From Methanomicrobiales archaeon HGW-Methanomicrobiales-2 (GTDB taxonomy: Archaea; Halobacteriota; Methanomicrobia; Methanomicrobiales; Methanoculleaceae), in the NCBI GenBank assembly GCA_002839645.1, contig PGYL01000012.1:12706-76705 (forward strand): a DNA stretch of 64,000 nt, in the 5' to 3' direction. Within the stretch, counting starts at the first letter, position 1. Each line of letters starts with the position of its first letter. Both the position numbers and the translations under genes were made by a program. Of this stretch, positions 1-9,026 are shown piece by piece. The notes below the pieces were generated by a model that saw only the letters and a program-made list of their open reading frames with translations, was not told where the DNA came from and searched no databases.

Positions 1-2
1 CC

Positions 3-239
3 GCTCTATCGGAGGTTGAGCATTTCCTGGTCCCCAAACCGGTGGTCAGCGGCATCACCGAAGGCACCATCGTCGAGATCATCGCCGGCCCGTTCAAGGG
101 CGAAAAGGCGGTCGTCAAGCGTATCGATACCGGGAAGGAAGAGATCACGGTCGAATTGTACGAGAGTATGGTCCCCATCCCGATCACGGTTCGTGGCGAC
201 TCCGTCCGCGTCGTGGAGCGGTCGGAAGACGCCAACTGA
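3..239 (+). CDS. spt5: Transcription elongation factor Spt5/NusG, C-terminal KOW part (5'-truncated by window edge)
   Basis: Open frame from base 3: ...[33 protein letters not shown]...[16 protein letters not shown]; KOW motif; directly upstream of rpl11 as in the conserved archaeal cluster. Confidence 0.93.
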   Translation, partial: ALSEVEHFLVPKPVVSGITEGTIVEIIAGPFKGEKAVVKRIDTGKEEITVELYESMVPIPITVRGDSVRVVERSEDAN

Positions 240-371
240 ACAATATCCCTTCACTCTTCTTTTTGCCCGGGCACGGGTCGTTGCACCGTCGACGATACGA
301 TTCGCAGCGGTTGGGTGCACCTCCTCGTGCCGGGGGTCCGGGTGCCGGAGCAGAACCCCCGGGTACCATAC

Positions 372-377
372 TTTAAA
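372..377 (+). promoter_or_regulatory. Candidate TATA box for the rpl11 operon
   Basis: TTTAAA in an otherwise GC-rich intergenic region, about 65 bp upstream of the rpl11 ATG. Confidence 0.45.
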
Positions 378-443
378 TCCTCTTACGATGACCTTAGATA
401 ACCCAGGCAACTATTCCCCTGAGGAATAAGCTGGAGAACTTGT

Positions 444-920
444 ATGGCAGAAACGGTCGAGGTATTAGTACCCGGTGGCAAGGCAACAGCAGGTCCGCCT
501 CTGGGCCCTGCGCTCGGACCCCTCGGTATCAACGTGAAGGCAGTCGTCGAAGAGATCAACAAGAAGACGGCCGATTTCAACGGCATGCAAGTGCCGGTGA
601 CGGTCACGGTCGACGATAAGCGGAACTTCACGATTGCGGTGGGCATTCCGCCCACCACGGCTCTCGTCATGAAAGAGGCCGGTATCACGAAGGGTTCGAC
701 AGAGCCGGGTACTTTGGTGGCGGGAAACCTGCCGCTGGAGGCCGCTGTTCGTATTGCCCGTATGAAATTTGATGATATGCTCTCGTACGATCTTAAATCG
801 GCAGTCAAAGAGGTCGTTGGAACGTGCGTGAGTGTCGGTGTCACCGTCGAGGGTAAGAAACCCCGCGAGATGATCTCGGCCATCAATGACGGGGAATACG
901 ACAGCGTGCTCGTCGCATAG
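444..920 (+). CDS. rpl11: 50S ribosomal protein uL11
   Basis: [26 protein letters not shown]...FNGMQVPV...GIPPTTAL signature. Confidence 0.97.
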   Translation: MAETVEVLVPGGKATAGPPLGPALGPLGINVKAVVEEINKKTADFNGMQVPVTVTVDDKRNFTIAVGIPPTTALVMKEAGITKGSTEPGTLVAGNLPLEAAVRIARMKFDDMLSYDLKSAVKEVVGTCVSVGVTVEGKKPREMISAINDGEYDSVLVA

Positions 921-931
921 ATGTCAGACAA

Positions 932-962
932 CCATAGAAGATCATGAGGTCGTGTACTATGG
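932..962 (+). promoter_or_regulatory. Hairpin overlapping the rpl1 Shine-Dalgarno; candidate L1 autoregulatory site
   Basis: CCATAG(932-937)/CTATGG(957-962) stem, inner GATC/GGTC stem, asymmetric AA/GTGTA internal loop; the 3' arm overlaps GGAGG at 961-965. Confidence 0.45.
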
Positions 963-971
963 AGGCAAAGG

Positions 972-1613
972 ATGGTTGATAAAACCAGTATACAGAAAGC
1001 CGTGAAGACGGCACTGGAGAAGGCTCCGGAACGGAAGTTCAAGGAGAGCGTGGATATCACCGTCAACCTCAAGAACATTGATATGTCCCAGCCAAAGAAT
1101 CGTATCGATGAGACGATTCTCCTCCCGAACGGTTTTGACAACGTCAGGATCGCAGTTCTCGGGAAGGGCGACATCACCACGCAGGCAAAAGATGTGGGTG
1201 TGGAACTTATCATTGGACCTGAGGAGATCGAGCGGCTCGGGGGAGAACCCCGGGAAGCACGTAAGATGGCGGAAGAATACCGGTTCTTCCTTGCTGAGAC
1301 GGCAATGATGCCTCTCGTCGGCCGTTACCTCGGTGTCAGACTTGGTCCGCGCGGGCGAATGCCTATGCCGATTCCGCAGGGAATGGATATCAGGCCCATC
1401 GTTCAGCGCCTGAGAAGTTCCGTAAAGATCCGGACGAAGGACAAGAAAGTCTTCCACACGAAGGTCGGGTCCACCGGCATGGAGCTCACTGAGATCGCAG
1501 AGAACATCGATGCGATTCTCCGGAGGGTCGAGGCCGTCCTGGAGAGCGGGACGATGAACATCCACTCGGTCTACGTGAAGACGACCATGGGGCCGGCAGT
1601 GAGGGTGATCTGA
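972..1613 (+). CDS. rpl1: 50S ribosomal protein uL1
   Basis: RKFKESVDITVNLKNID...GVRLGPRGRMP...VYVKTTMGPAVRV. Confidence 0.97.
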   Translation: MVDKTSIQKAVKTALEKAPERKFKESVDITVNLKNIDMSQPKNRIDETILLPNGFDNVRIAVLGKGDITTQAKDVGVELIIGPEEIERLGGEPREARKMAEEYRFFLAETAMMPLVGRYLGVRLGPRGRMPMPIPQGMDIRPIVQRLRSSVKIRTKDKKVFHTKVGSTGMELTEIAENIDAILRRVEAVLESGTMNIHSVYVKTTMGPAVRVI

Positions 1614-2638
1614 TGGCACTCTACACACACCACCTGCCCAGGTGGAAGAAGGACGAAGTAGACGAGATCAAGCGCGGTATCGCGGAGCACACCCTCGTCG
1701 GCGTTGTGGATATGTACGGCATCCCTGCCTCACAGATCCAGCATATCCGGCGAAACCTCCGCGGCACGGCGCGAGTGAAGATGGCCCGGAACACGCTGAT
1801 CGAGCACGCCTTAAACGAGCTCGGCGGCACTGTCGCGGCTCTAAACGAGCACGCCGAGGGCCAGAGCGCCATGATCTTCACGAACGAGAACCCTTTCAAG
1901 CTCTTCAAACTGCTTGAACAGACCAAGACGAAGATGGCGGCGAAGCCCGGCGAGACTGCGCCGGAGGACATCGTCGTTCCGAAGGGTCCAACCACCTTCA
2001 AGCCCGGCCCCATTGTCGGCGAGCTTCAGCAGGTGGGCATTCCCGCAGCCATCGAAGGCGGAAAGGTCAAGATTCGTGAGGCCAAGACGGTCGTGAAGAA
2101 GGGCGAGGTCATCAATAAGAAGGTTGCCGATGCCCTGGTGAAACTCGGGATCAAGCCGATGGATGTCGGTCTCCTCCTGCAGGCCGCATACTACAAGAAC
2201 ACCATCTTTACGCCGGACCTCCTCGCTATCGATGAAGAGGCCTACTACAACAACATCGTGCTTGCTGCCCAGCAGGCGTTCAACCTCTCGGTCAATGCCG
2301 TCATCGCGACCCCGATGACCGTCAGTGCCATCATCGGCAGGGCGGTACGCGAAGCCCGGAACGTGGGCGTCGATGCGAGCATCTATGAGAAGGACATCGT
2401 CGACCTGATCATCGGACGGGCACAGCGGGAGATGCTGGTCGTCGCGCTTGCGGCGCAAGGCCGCGGCTTCGAGCTCGATGAGGCGACCCTGAAGGCAGCT
2501 TCGGCAGCAACCGCTGCGGCACCCGCCGCAACAGAGGCAGCAGTCGAGGCAAAGCCCGAGGAAGAGGAGAAGGAAGAGGAGAAGAAGGAAGAGGAAGAAG
2601 AGAGCGGCATGGCCGGTCTCGGGGCCCTCTTCGGCTAA
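1613..2638 (+). CDS. rpl10: Acidic ribosomal protein P0 (uL10)
   Basis: QHIRRNLRG...KMARNTL...GPTTFKPGPIVGELQQVGIPAAIEGGK; Ala/Glu-rich tail ending [11 protein letters not shown]; 1-bp overlap with rpl1. Confidence 0.96.
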   Translation: MALYTHHLPRWKKDEVDEIKRGIAEHTLVGVVDMYGIPASQIQHIRRNLRGTARVKMARNTLIEHALNELGGTVAALNEHAEGQSAMIFTNENPFKLFKLLEQTKTKMAAKPGETAPEDIVVPKGPTTFKPGPIVGELQQVGIPAAIEGGKVKIREAKTVVKKGEVINKKVADALVKLGIKPMDVGLLLQAAYYKNTIFTPDLLAIDEEAYYNNIVLAAQQAFNLSVNAVIATPMTVSAIIGRAVREARNVGVDASIYEKDIVDLIIGRAQREMLVVALAAQGRGFELDEATLKAASAATAAAPAATEAAVEAKPEEEEKEEEKKEEEEESGMAGLGALFG

Positions 2639-2669
2639 TAATTATAAGAAAACCAAAGGTGAATGAACT

Positions 2670-2984
2670 ATGGAGTATATCTACGCTGCACTGCTCCTGC
2701 ACAACGCAGGCAAAGACGTAACTGAAGAGAATGTGACTGCTGTCCTGAACGCGGCCGGTGTCGCCGTCCAGGATGCCCGCGTGAAGGCGCTCGTCGCCGC
2801 ACTCGAGGGTGTGAACATCGAGGAGGCCATCAGCAAGGCCGCCGTCGCACCAGTCGCCGCTGTAGCCGCAGCCGCTGCCCCGGCAGCCGCCGCGCCCGCA
2901 GCCCAGGAAGAGGCTGAGGAAGAGGGGAAGAAGGAAGAGGAAGAAGAGAGCGGCATGGCCGGTCTCGGCGCCCTCTTCGGCTAA
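2670..2984 (+). CDS. rpl12: Archaeal stalk protein L12 (P1)
   Basis: [26 protein letters not shown]...[16 protein letters not shown]. Confidence 0.97.
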   Translation: MEYIYAALLLHNAGKDVTEENVTAVLNAAGVAVQDARVKALVAALEGVNIEEAISKAAVAPVAAVAAAAAPAAAAPAAQEEAEEEGKKEEEEESGMAGLGALFG

Positions 2985-2987
2985 ACC

Positions 2988-2997
2988 TTTTTTCTTT
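2988..2997 (+). terminator. Oligo-T terminator of the ribosomal protein operon
   Basis: TTTTTTCTTT immediately after the rpl12 stop, between convergent genes. Confidence 0.55.
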
Positions 2998-3148
2998 CGC
3001 CGGCGGTTTGCCGGTATCTTATGTGTCCTTCTGTCGTGGTAGTTCCTCTCGGAGAGGTTTCTCCTCCGGCAGGTGTCCCGGAGTTCGCAGACCACGAGGA
3101 GTGGCCCACCCGAAAATGGGGGAAATTCTCATCCGGTTCGCGGGGTCC

Positions 3149-6100
3149 TCAGAGCATTTCGAACCAGACGTCCCGGAGGCCGACGTTGTACTGGGCGATG
3201 AAGAGGGCGTCGCCTATCTCGATCGCGCCGTTTGCGTGAACGTCTGCCTTCCGGAACCCATCGGTGCCGGCGAGAGGCTTCTCCCGGAGTCCCACGACCT
3301 CCTGGAGGACGATGAGGGTGTCGGCCTGGTTGACCGCGCCATCCTCGTTTGCATCACCGAAGAGGACCGGGGTGACCCGGATGTAGCCGGGTCTTGCGGC
3401 GATCGAGAGCCTGCCGTTCACTGCGAGCGTGACGGTGTGGTTGCCGGGGAGGGTGTAGGTGTGGACAGGGTGCTGCTCGGTCGAGGTCTGCCCGTCGCCG
3501 AAGTCCCAGAGCCAGGATGACGGGTTCTCCGTCGAGGCGTCAGTGAACCGGACGGTGAGCGGGATGGGGCCGGCGGTGACGTCGGCGGTGAAGTTTGCGA
3601 CGGGGGCATTCACGTGAACCTGTGCCCGGGCCACGTCAGGGGCATACCTGCCGCCATGCCGGTCTTCGATCCTGCCGGGAAGGACCGTGATGTTCGTCGT
3701 GCCGGGGGCATCGGCACGGACCGTTACCGTCACCAGCGTGATATTGGCGGTCCCGGACGCCCCGGTGAAATCCCTGGCGCTGCACCAGACCGCATCGCCG
3801 GGCACCGTGCCGTTTGCCTGAATGGCCGACCACGCCGGGAACTCGACGCCAACAATCTCGCCGACGGCCGTATCGGTCAATTGCACGGTGAGGTTATAAC
3901 TGAGGAGTTCCGCAGGGGCGGTATCGAGCGCCACCGTGTACGCCCGCGTCTGCCCGACTGCCAGCGTTGAGGCTGCCGGCAGGACGGCGATCTGGTTGAT
4001 CGTATCGGGTGGACCCCTCAGCACGAGAGAGGCTGTTCCGTGCACGGCATTGGTCAGATTATTTTTGGCGGCGGGAACCGAAGCGGCGTAGACGGTGTAA
4101 CTGGCATGGGTGCCGCGTTCCGGTGCAAGGCCGCAAATGCCGGTATTCCAGTGATACTCCCAGGTATCGTCCGGATTAACCTCAACTCGTGTGAACGTGC
4201 CGGCATCCCCACTTACGCAGGGTATGGTCGTGTCGTCAAGTCTTGTACCGTTCGCTGCAAGGTCTTGTCCTGTGATGAAGAGATACGTGAGTGCGCTGTC
4301 GGTGTTTGTGCCGGAGAAGACAACCTCGTCACCGGTATAGTATGTGCCGGTGCCGGCCGACGTGACGGTCATCACTCCGCGCTCCACGTTCACCATGGCG
4401 CTCGCCGAGCGCGAGGGGTCGGCCCAGTCGATCGCTTCGATGGTGTAGTCCTGCGGCGCCGTCGATGAGTTCGTTACGAACCTGACCGTGCGGGTGCCGG
4501 AGGGTCCGATGGTGACGTTTGCCTGCGACGCCGCGGTTGCGTTCACCACGCTCCGGGGGCCGGAGGTCCCGATACTGCTGATGCCGCTTTGTCCGGGCAC
4601 GATGGACGGATACTCCGTCGGAGAGGCGCTTCCGGCAGCCTGGATGTAGATGAAGTATGTTCGGCCGCTCTCGCCGCCGACGGTCAGGTCAAACGGGTTG
4701 CCGCGCACGACGGCATCCTTATTGGAGGTGAGCGTGAGAGGGACCGGGTTCTTGACGGTGAAGCCCTGCGGGAGCACGCCCGACTGCCCGTCAGGGTTCG
4801 TCACGACGACGTTATAGGCGCCCGCTGCCCGGCCGGCAAGATCGAACGTGCACGCGATCCGTGACGAGGAGACGACGGAGACCCCTGTCGCCACGATATC
4901 AGGCTGCCCCGTCCGGGTGAGTCTGACGGTCGCCCCGTTCTGGAACCCGGTTCCCGATAGATCCATGACCTGCACGGCGCCGTCGGTATACCCCGAATTT
5001 GGGTTTATCCCGGCGATCGCCGGATCCGGGAAGAGGCCCGGGTAGATCCACCGAGCCCCGGCTGCGTCAGACTCGGTGAGGGTGCGCTTCGTCAGGCCTG
5101 AACCGACTCGCCCGTACATCACCTTCGCCGTGTCGGAGGGGTATCCCTGGACGTTTCCGTAGAGGTCGAGCAGTTGAACCCAGTGGCCGAGTTCGTGAAG
5201 GCAGACTGTCTCGATATCGTACGCCCCGGTCTGGGGGGTCGTCGACCAGGTATAGCGGGTGTTGAACTTGATGTCGCATTCGGCGACCTGGTCTGGGTTG
5301 GCCTGGTAGTACCAGGTGCTCGCCTGAGCAAGCACCCCATCCGTGGCGATGTCGCCCCAGAGGATCTCGTTTTTTGAATTGTAACCACTCATGTCTGTCG
5401 AGGTTGTGGTCCCGGCATACTGGAAAGAGAAGTCGGAACCCTGGACCGCTGTCCACGTTCCGGCAGCGTTCTGCACCGCCGTGAGAGCGCCTGATACCGG
5501 GGGTGGGTTAACGTAGTAGGAGACGACGGGCTCAGTTCCCTGCCAGCGTTTCTTGCTCCACCCGAACGGAACACTGAGCGAGTACGGCCCGAATTCGGTC
5601 AACCCGTCGTCATGGATCACGTAGACCGGCCCGCTGCTTGCCGATCCCCGGTAGGCATAGTCCCGCCAGGCGGTCCCGGTCGGGACGTTGCAGACGATCT
5701 GCGAGTCGGTCCAGGAGACGATGTCGTTTGAGTTAGCGCTTTGCCATCCCGTAACCGGCAGGTATCCGCTTGCGTAGATCCAGTAGTGCGTGCTGCCGCT
5801 TGAGGTGAAGAAGAACGCGACATCCCCGGGACTCTCCCGGGACACCTTGGTTCCGAACCCGGACCCGGTTATCATCACTTTCGCTCCGGTTCCCGCGGAT
5901 GTGTCAGTCGAGGCGACTGCATCAAGGGAGACCTCCGCGGTCCCGACCGGCGCGGGAACCGATGTCGCCGTCGTCCACATGACGCCAGCGTCACCCTGCC
6001 GCGCGGCGTCCACCCTCTCGCCGAACTCTTCGGGCGTGAGCAGATCTGCCGCCCCGGTTTTCGCTGCGGACTCTCCAGCGAGGGACACGACTCCCTGCGA

Positions 6101-6493
6101 GAGGCCGACGGGGAGGTAAGTCCCGTCCGGGCGCTCTTTCAGGAAGAGCCCGACGTTCTCACCCGGGAGGAAAACCGGGACGTCCTCCACCCAGAGCGTG
6201 ACCCCGTCCACCGTTCCGCCCGGGACCACAAGGACAGAGTTCTCCGGGAGTCCGCCTGTGAGGGTTTCGTCGACAGAGAAGGAGACGACGGTCTCAATCC
6301 CGGTGCCGGCCTCGTCCCACCGGCTCTCGACGGAGGTGATCGTTCCGATTGCTATCGCGTCCGAGTGCTCTGCAAGGTATGAAGGGGAGAGCTCGACCAT
6401 GAGCGCTGCTGCCGGGGATGCGAACGTTACGGTAAGGATGACGAGACAGAGGGTGAAAAGGATAACTCTGCTCTGAGGGAAGGTAGCTCGCAT
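3149..6493 (-). CDS. Secreted multidomain metzincin (matrixin-like) metalloprotease: signal peptide, IPT/TIG domains, S-layer-like Ig segments, cohesin-like domain, PKD domain and C-terminal dockerin
   Basis: N-terminal hydrophobic signal ending ASPAAA; HELGHWVQLLD zinc motif plus VMYG Met-turn; PKD WLWDFGDG; dockerin with duplicated Ca-loops GDANEDGAVNQAD / ADVHANGAIEIGD. Confidence 0.8.
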   Translation of the reverse strand: MRATFPQSRVILFTLCLVILTVTFASPAAALMVELSPSYLAEHSDAIAIGTITSVESRWDEAGTGIETVVSFSVDETLTGGLPENSVLVVPGGTVDGVTLWVEDVPVFLPGENVGLFLKERPDGTYLPVGLSQGVVSLAGESAAKTGAADLLTPEEFGERVDAARQGDAGVMWTTATSVPAPVGTAEVSLDAVASTDTSAGTGAKVMITGSGFGTKVSRESPGDVAFFFTSSGSTHYWIYASGYLPVTGWQSANSNDIVSWTDSQIVCNVPTGTAWRDYAYRGSASSGPVYVIHDDGLTEFGPYSLSVPFGWSKKRWQGTEPVVSYYVNPPPVSGALTAVQNAAGTWTAVQGSDFSFQYAGTTTSTDMSGYNSKNEILWGDIATDGVLAQASTWYYQANPDQVAECDIKFNTRYTWSTTPQTGAYDIETVCLHELGHWVQLLDLYGNVQGYPSDTAKVMYGRVGSGLTKRTLTESDAAGARWIYPGLFPDPAIAGINPNSGYTDGAVQVMDLSGTGFQNGATVRLTRTGQPDIVATGVSVVSSSRIACTFDLAGRAAGAYNVVVTNPDGQSGVLPQGFTVKNPVPLTLTSNKDAVVRGNPFDLTVGGESGRTYFIYIQAAGSASPTEYPSIVPGQSGISSIGTSGPRSVVNATAASQANVTIGPSGTRTVRFVTNSSTAPQDYTIEAIDWADPSRSASAMVNVERGVMTVTSAGTGTYYTGDEVVFSGTNTDSALTYLFITGQDLAANGTRLDDTTIPCVSGDAGTFTRVEVNPDDTWEYHWNTGICGLAPERGTHASYTVYAASVPAAKNNLTNAVHGTASLVLRGPPDTINQIAVLPAASTLAVGQTRAYTVALDTAPAELLSYNLTVQLTDTAVGEIVGVEFPAWSAIQANGTVPGDAVWCSARDFTGASGTANITLVTVTVRADAPGTTNITVLPGRIEDRHGGRYAPDVARAQVHVNAPVANFTADVTAGPIPLTVRFTDASTENPSSWLWDFGDGQTSTEQHPVHTYTLPGNHTVTLAVNGRLSIAARPGYIRVTPVLFGDANEDGAVNQADTLIVLQEVVGLREKPLAGTDGFRKADVHANGAIEIGDALFIAQYNVGLRDVWFEML

Positions 6494-6855
6494 ATGCCGT
6501 TTTCAGCTGCGGGAATCATATAGTTTCGCTTCTCGTTCTCTCTGTTTTACCATATCTCATGAATGAACTGATATCCGCAAACCATGTGCTTAATATAATG
6601 TATTGGGCGTCTATCGCCCACACCGGTCCCATGGAGGGAAAGGGTCCCTGCTGACCGTCCTCGGAACTGCCGGGTAGGGCTCGCTGCAGGGGGCGGGGCC
6701 CGCTCTCGTTTCTCGTTCCGTGCGAGGTGGCTCCCGCAGGTCAGCCGTGTTTTACCTCCTGGAGAGCGGGAGGCATAGGTCATCGGCACCGGCCGGGAAT
6801 GGGGCGTATTTTTGGTGAGTAATAAAGTGGGTTATCCACCCGGCCCCGTGGGCCA

Positions 6856-7225
6856 TCAGATCATCGTAAACCAGACGTCTTGGAGGTCAAAGTTGTACCG
6901 GGCGATGAAGAGCGCGTTGTCGACCTTGATGACCTCGTTCACGTGAACGTCTGCCTTCCGGAACCTGTCGGTGCCGGTGGGTGGCTGCTCCCGGAGACCT
7001 ATGACCTCCTGGAGGACGAGGAGGGTGTCGGCCTGGTTGACCGCTCCGTCCTCGTTTGCGTCCTCGAAGAGGATCGGGGTGACCCTGACGTAACCGGGTT
7101 TCGTGGCGGTCGAGAGCCTGCCGTTCACTGCGAGCGTGACGGTGTGGTTGCCGGGGAAGGTGGTATATACCGGGTTCCGCTCGGCGGAGTCGCGCCGTCG
7201 CTGAAGATCCAGAGCCGCGAGGTGG
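6856..7225 (-). pseudogene. Frameshifted duplicate of the PKD-dockerin 3' end of the gene at 3149-6493
   Basis: Clear DNA similarity to about 3160-3510; reads WIFSDGAT, then a frameshift, then SAERNPVYTTFPGNHTVTLAVNGRL...DANEDGAVNQADTLLVLQEV; no signal peptide or upstream body. Confidence 0.8.
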
Positions 7226-7428
7226 GGGTGCCGGCCCCGGTGCCCTCTTCAGCGAAACCCCTTCTCTATATGGAAAACACTACTATCGGGCGCAGAAAGC
7301 CTGCCAGTTCTTTAGAAGACACTTTTCCCCGGCAGCCTCTATACTGAGCCGAGGATCCAGTCCTGCCGGTACACCCCGCGATAAAAGAAGAAACGTGGAC
7401 GGCATCGGGTCGCCCGGCCGCTATCGCT

Positions 7429-8103
7429 TCACCCTTCCTTGATCCAGCCCATCGTGACGTACCAGTCGTACTCGTGGCGCCAGAGGTCGCGATTCGCCGT
7501 GACGAGCTGGCGGAAGTAGTCCCGCCGCTGCCGGTGGATCTCCTCCTGCTCGGGGTACCGGTGCTCCCCCCGGATCGATTGGGCGAGTTTCTCCCCGAGC
7601 GCGAAAGCCTCGTTCTCGGCCCGCTCGAGCGCGGTCGGATCCCACCCTACGGCGACGCCGACCCCGCCGATCGCAGTCGCCCCGAAGTTGGTCAGGGCGC
7701 GGTTCATGTAGGCGACGACATCGTCCTGATGGCTTCCGCCCGCGGTGCAGACGGAGCAGCCGAACTTGCCGGTGAGCATCTGGCAGTGGACGGCGTCCGC
7801 CATGCGGTCGAAGACCGCCTTTAAGGGAGCGGTGATCGAGTCGATGTAGTTCGGTGAGCCAAGGACGATCCCGTCGGCGTCGAGGATGTCGTTGAAGAGA
7901 TCAGGGAAGTCGTCCATCAGGCTGCAGTCGCCGGTCGCGTAACAGGAACCGCACGCGGTGCAGTACTCGATCCGGAGCGTGTAGAGGTCGACGAGCTTCG
8001 TCTCTGCCCCTTCCTCCCGGGCACCTGCGAGGACGGCTTTTACGAGGCGCAGCGTCCTGCTCTCCTTCCCCCGGGGACTTGCATTCAATCCGAGGACTTT
8101 CAT
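7429..8103 (-). CDS. Iron-sulfur flavoprotein (Isf) / NADPH-dependent FMN reductase family
   Basis: MKVLGLNASPR; CTACGSCYATGDC cluster motif; VLGSPNY. Confidence 0.88.
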   Translation of the reverse strand: MKVLGLNASPRGKESRTLRLVKAVLAGAREEGAETKLVDLYTLRIEYCTACGSCYATGDCSLMDDFPDLFNDILDADGIVLGSPNYIDSITAPLKAVFDRMADAVHCQMLTGKFGCSVCTAGGSHQDDVVAYMNRALTNFGATAIGGVGVAVGWDPTALERAENEAFALGEKLAQSIRGEHRYPEQEEIHRQRRDYFRQLVTANRDLWRHEYDWYVTMGWIKEG

Positions 8104-8181
8104 GAACAATCAGAGCTCCTGTATGCAGGGGATTGCGGCAGAAGCAGGATAAAAGTATCGACTCGGCCGCAGGAGCGGCCG

Positions 8182-8736
8182 TCACGGCGCCGGGCGGCGG
8201 AGGTACTCCCCGGCCGTCGTCACCCGGGCGTAGGTCCCGTCGAGCGCCGCCATGAACGAGGCGTGCACCGTCCCGGCCGGCACCGCGACCCCACCGAAGG
8301 TCAGGTCGCAGGCGGCGCAGGCATCGGCGATCACCGTGCAGGCGTAGCCGAGGTCGAAGGCGGCGCGGGTCGTGGCGTCGATGCACATCTGGCTCATCGC
8401 GCCGCAGATCACGAGATCCGTCACCCCCTCCGCCGCGAGGAGCGCGGCGAGATCGGTGCCTGGGAAACAGTTCGGCCGGTTCTTCTCGACGACCTGCTCC
8501 CGGGGCAGCGGACGAACGCTGCCGTGGATCTCCGCACCCGGCGTCCCGGGAAGGAAGAACGTCGCCCCGGGTCGCGTGGCGACGTGGCGGACGAAGAAGG
8601 CCGGGCGGCCGGATTCCCGGAATGCGGAGAGGAGGCCGGCGGCGTTTGCGGCGGCCGTGTCCATCCCGGGGAGTTCCTTTTCTCCGCCCGGGAAGTAGTC
8701 GTTCTGGACGTCGACGAGGAGGAGGGCTTCCGTCAT
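8182..8736 (-). CDS. Isochorismatase-family cysteine hydrolase
   Basis: ALLLVDVQNDYF, VEK, GAMSQMCIDATTRAAFDLGY (D-K-C triad); start taken at MTEALLL. Confidence 0.9.
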   Translation of the reverse strand: MTEALLLVDVQNDYFPGGEKELPGMDTAAANAAGLLSAFRESGRPAFFVRHVATRPGATFFLPGTPGAEIHGSVRPLPREQVVEKNRPNCFPGTDLAALLAAEGVTDLVICGAMSQMCIDATTRAAFDLGYACTVIADACAACDLTFGGVAVPAGTVHASFMAALDGTYARVTTAGEYLRRPAP

Positions 8737-8800
8737 GCTCAGGAAGTTGTCCGCGGAAAGCGATGAAGGATACGGAGAGGCGGGCACGTTGCAGCGTGCC

Positions 8801-8945
8801 TTACCGCCTTCTCATCAGGACTGGCATGGCGGCGAACGCAGCGAACGGTCATAATGCAGGGGTGCCTGTTGCGTCGTCATATCCGGCGTCGGTATCGTCG
8901 CAGTGGTCTCCGGTTTGGAACCGCTGTCGCTGTAGAACTCGCACG
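8801..8945 (-). pseudogene. Relic C-terminus of a surface protein (Thr/Pro-rich linker and sorting-signal-like tail)
   Basis: SKPETTATIPTPDMTTQQAPL, then a frameshift, then PFAAFAAMPVLMRRR-stop. Confidence 0.4.
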
Positions 8946-9026
8946 GGAGAGAGGGTGCCGTCGCCGCCCCGGCATGCAGAGGTCGCGGGAACCGATCCGG
9001 CAGTTCACGCCGCAGGACCCGCCCCC

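Noticed and set aside
401-440. Hairpin TATTCC/GGAATA in the rpl11 leader as the L1 site
   Set aside because: Lacks the loop sequence typical of L1 targets and does not cover the start region as well as the 932-962 hairpin; kept only as a possibility
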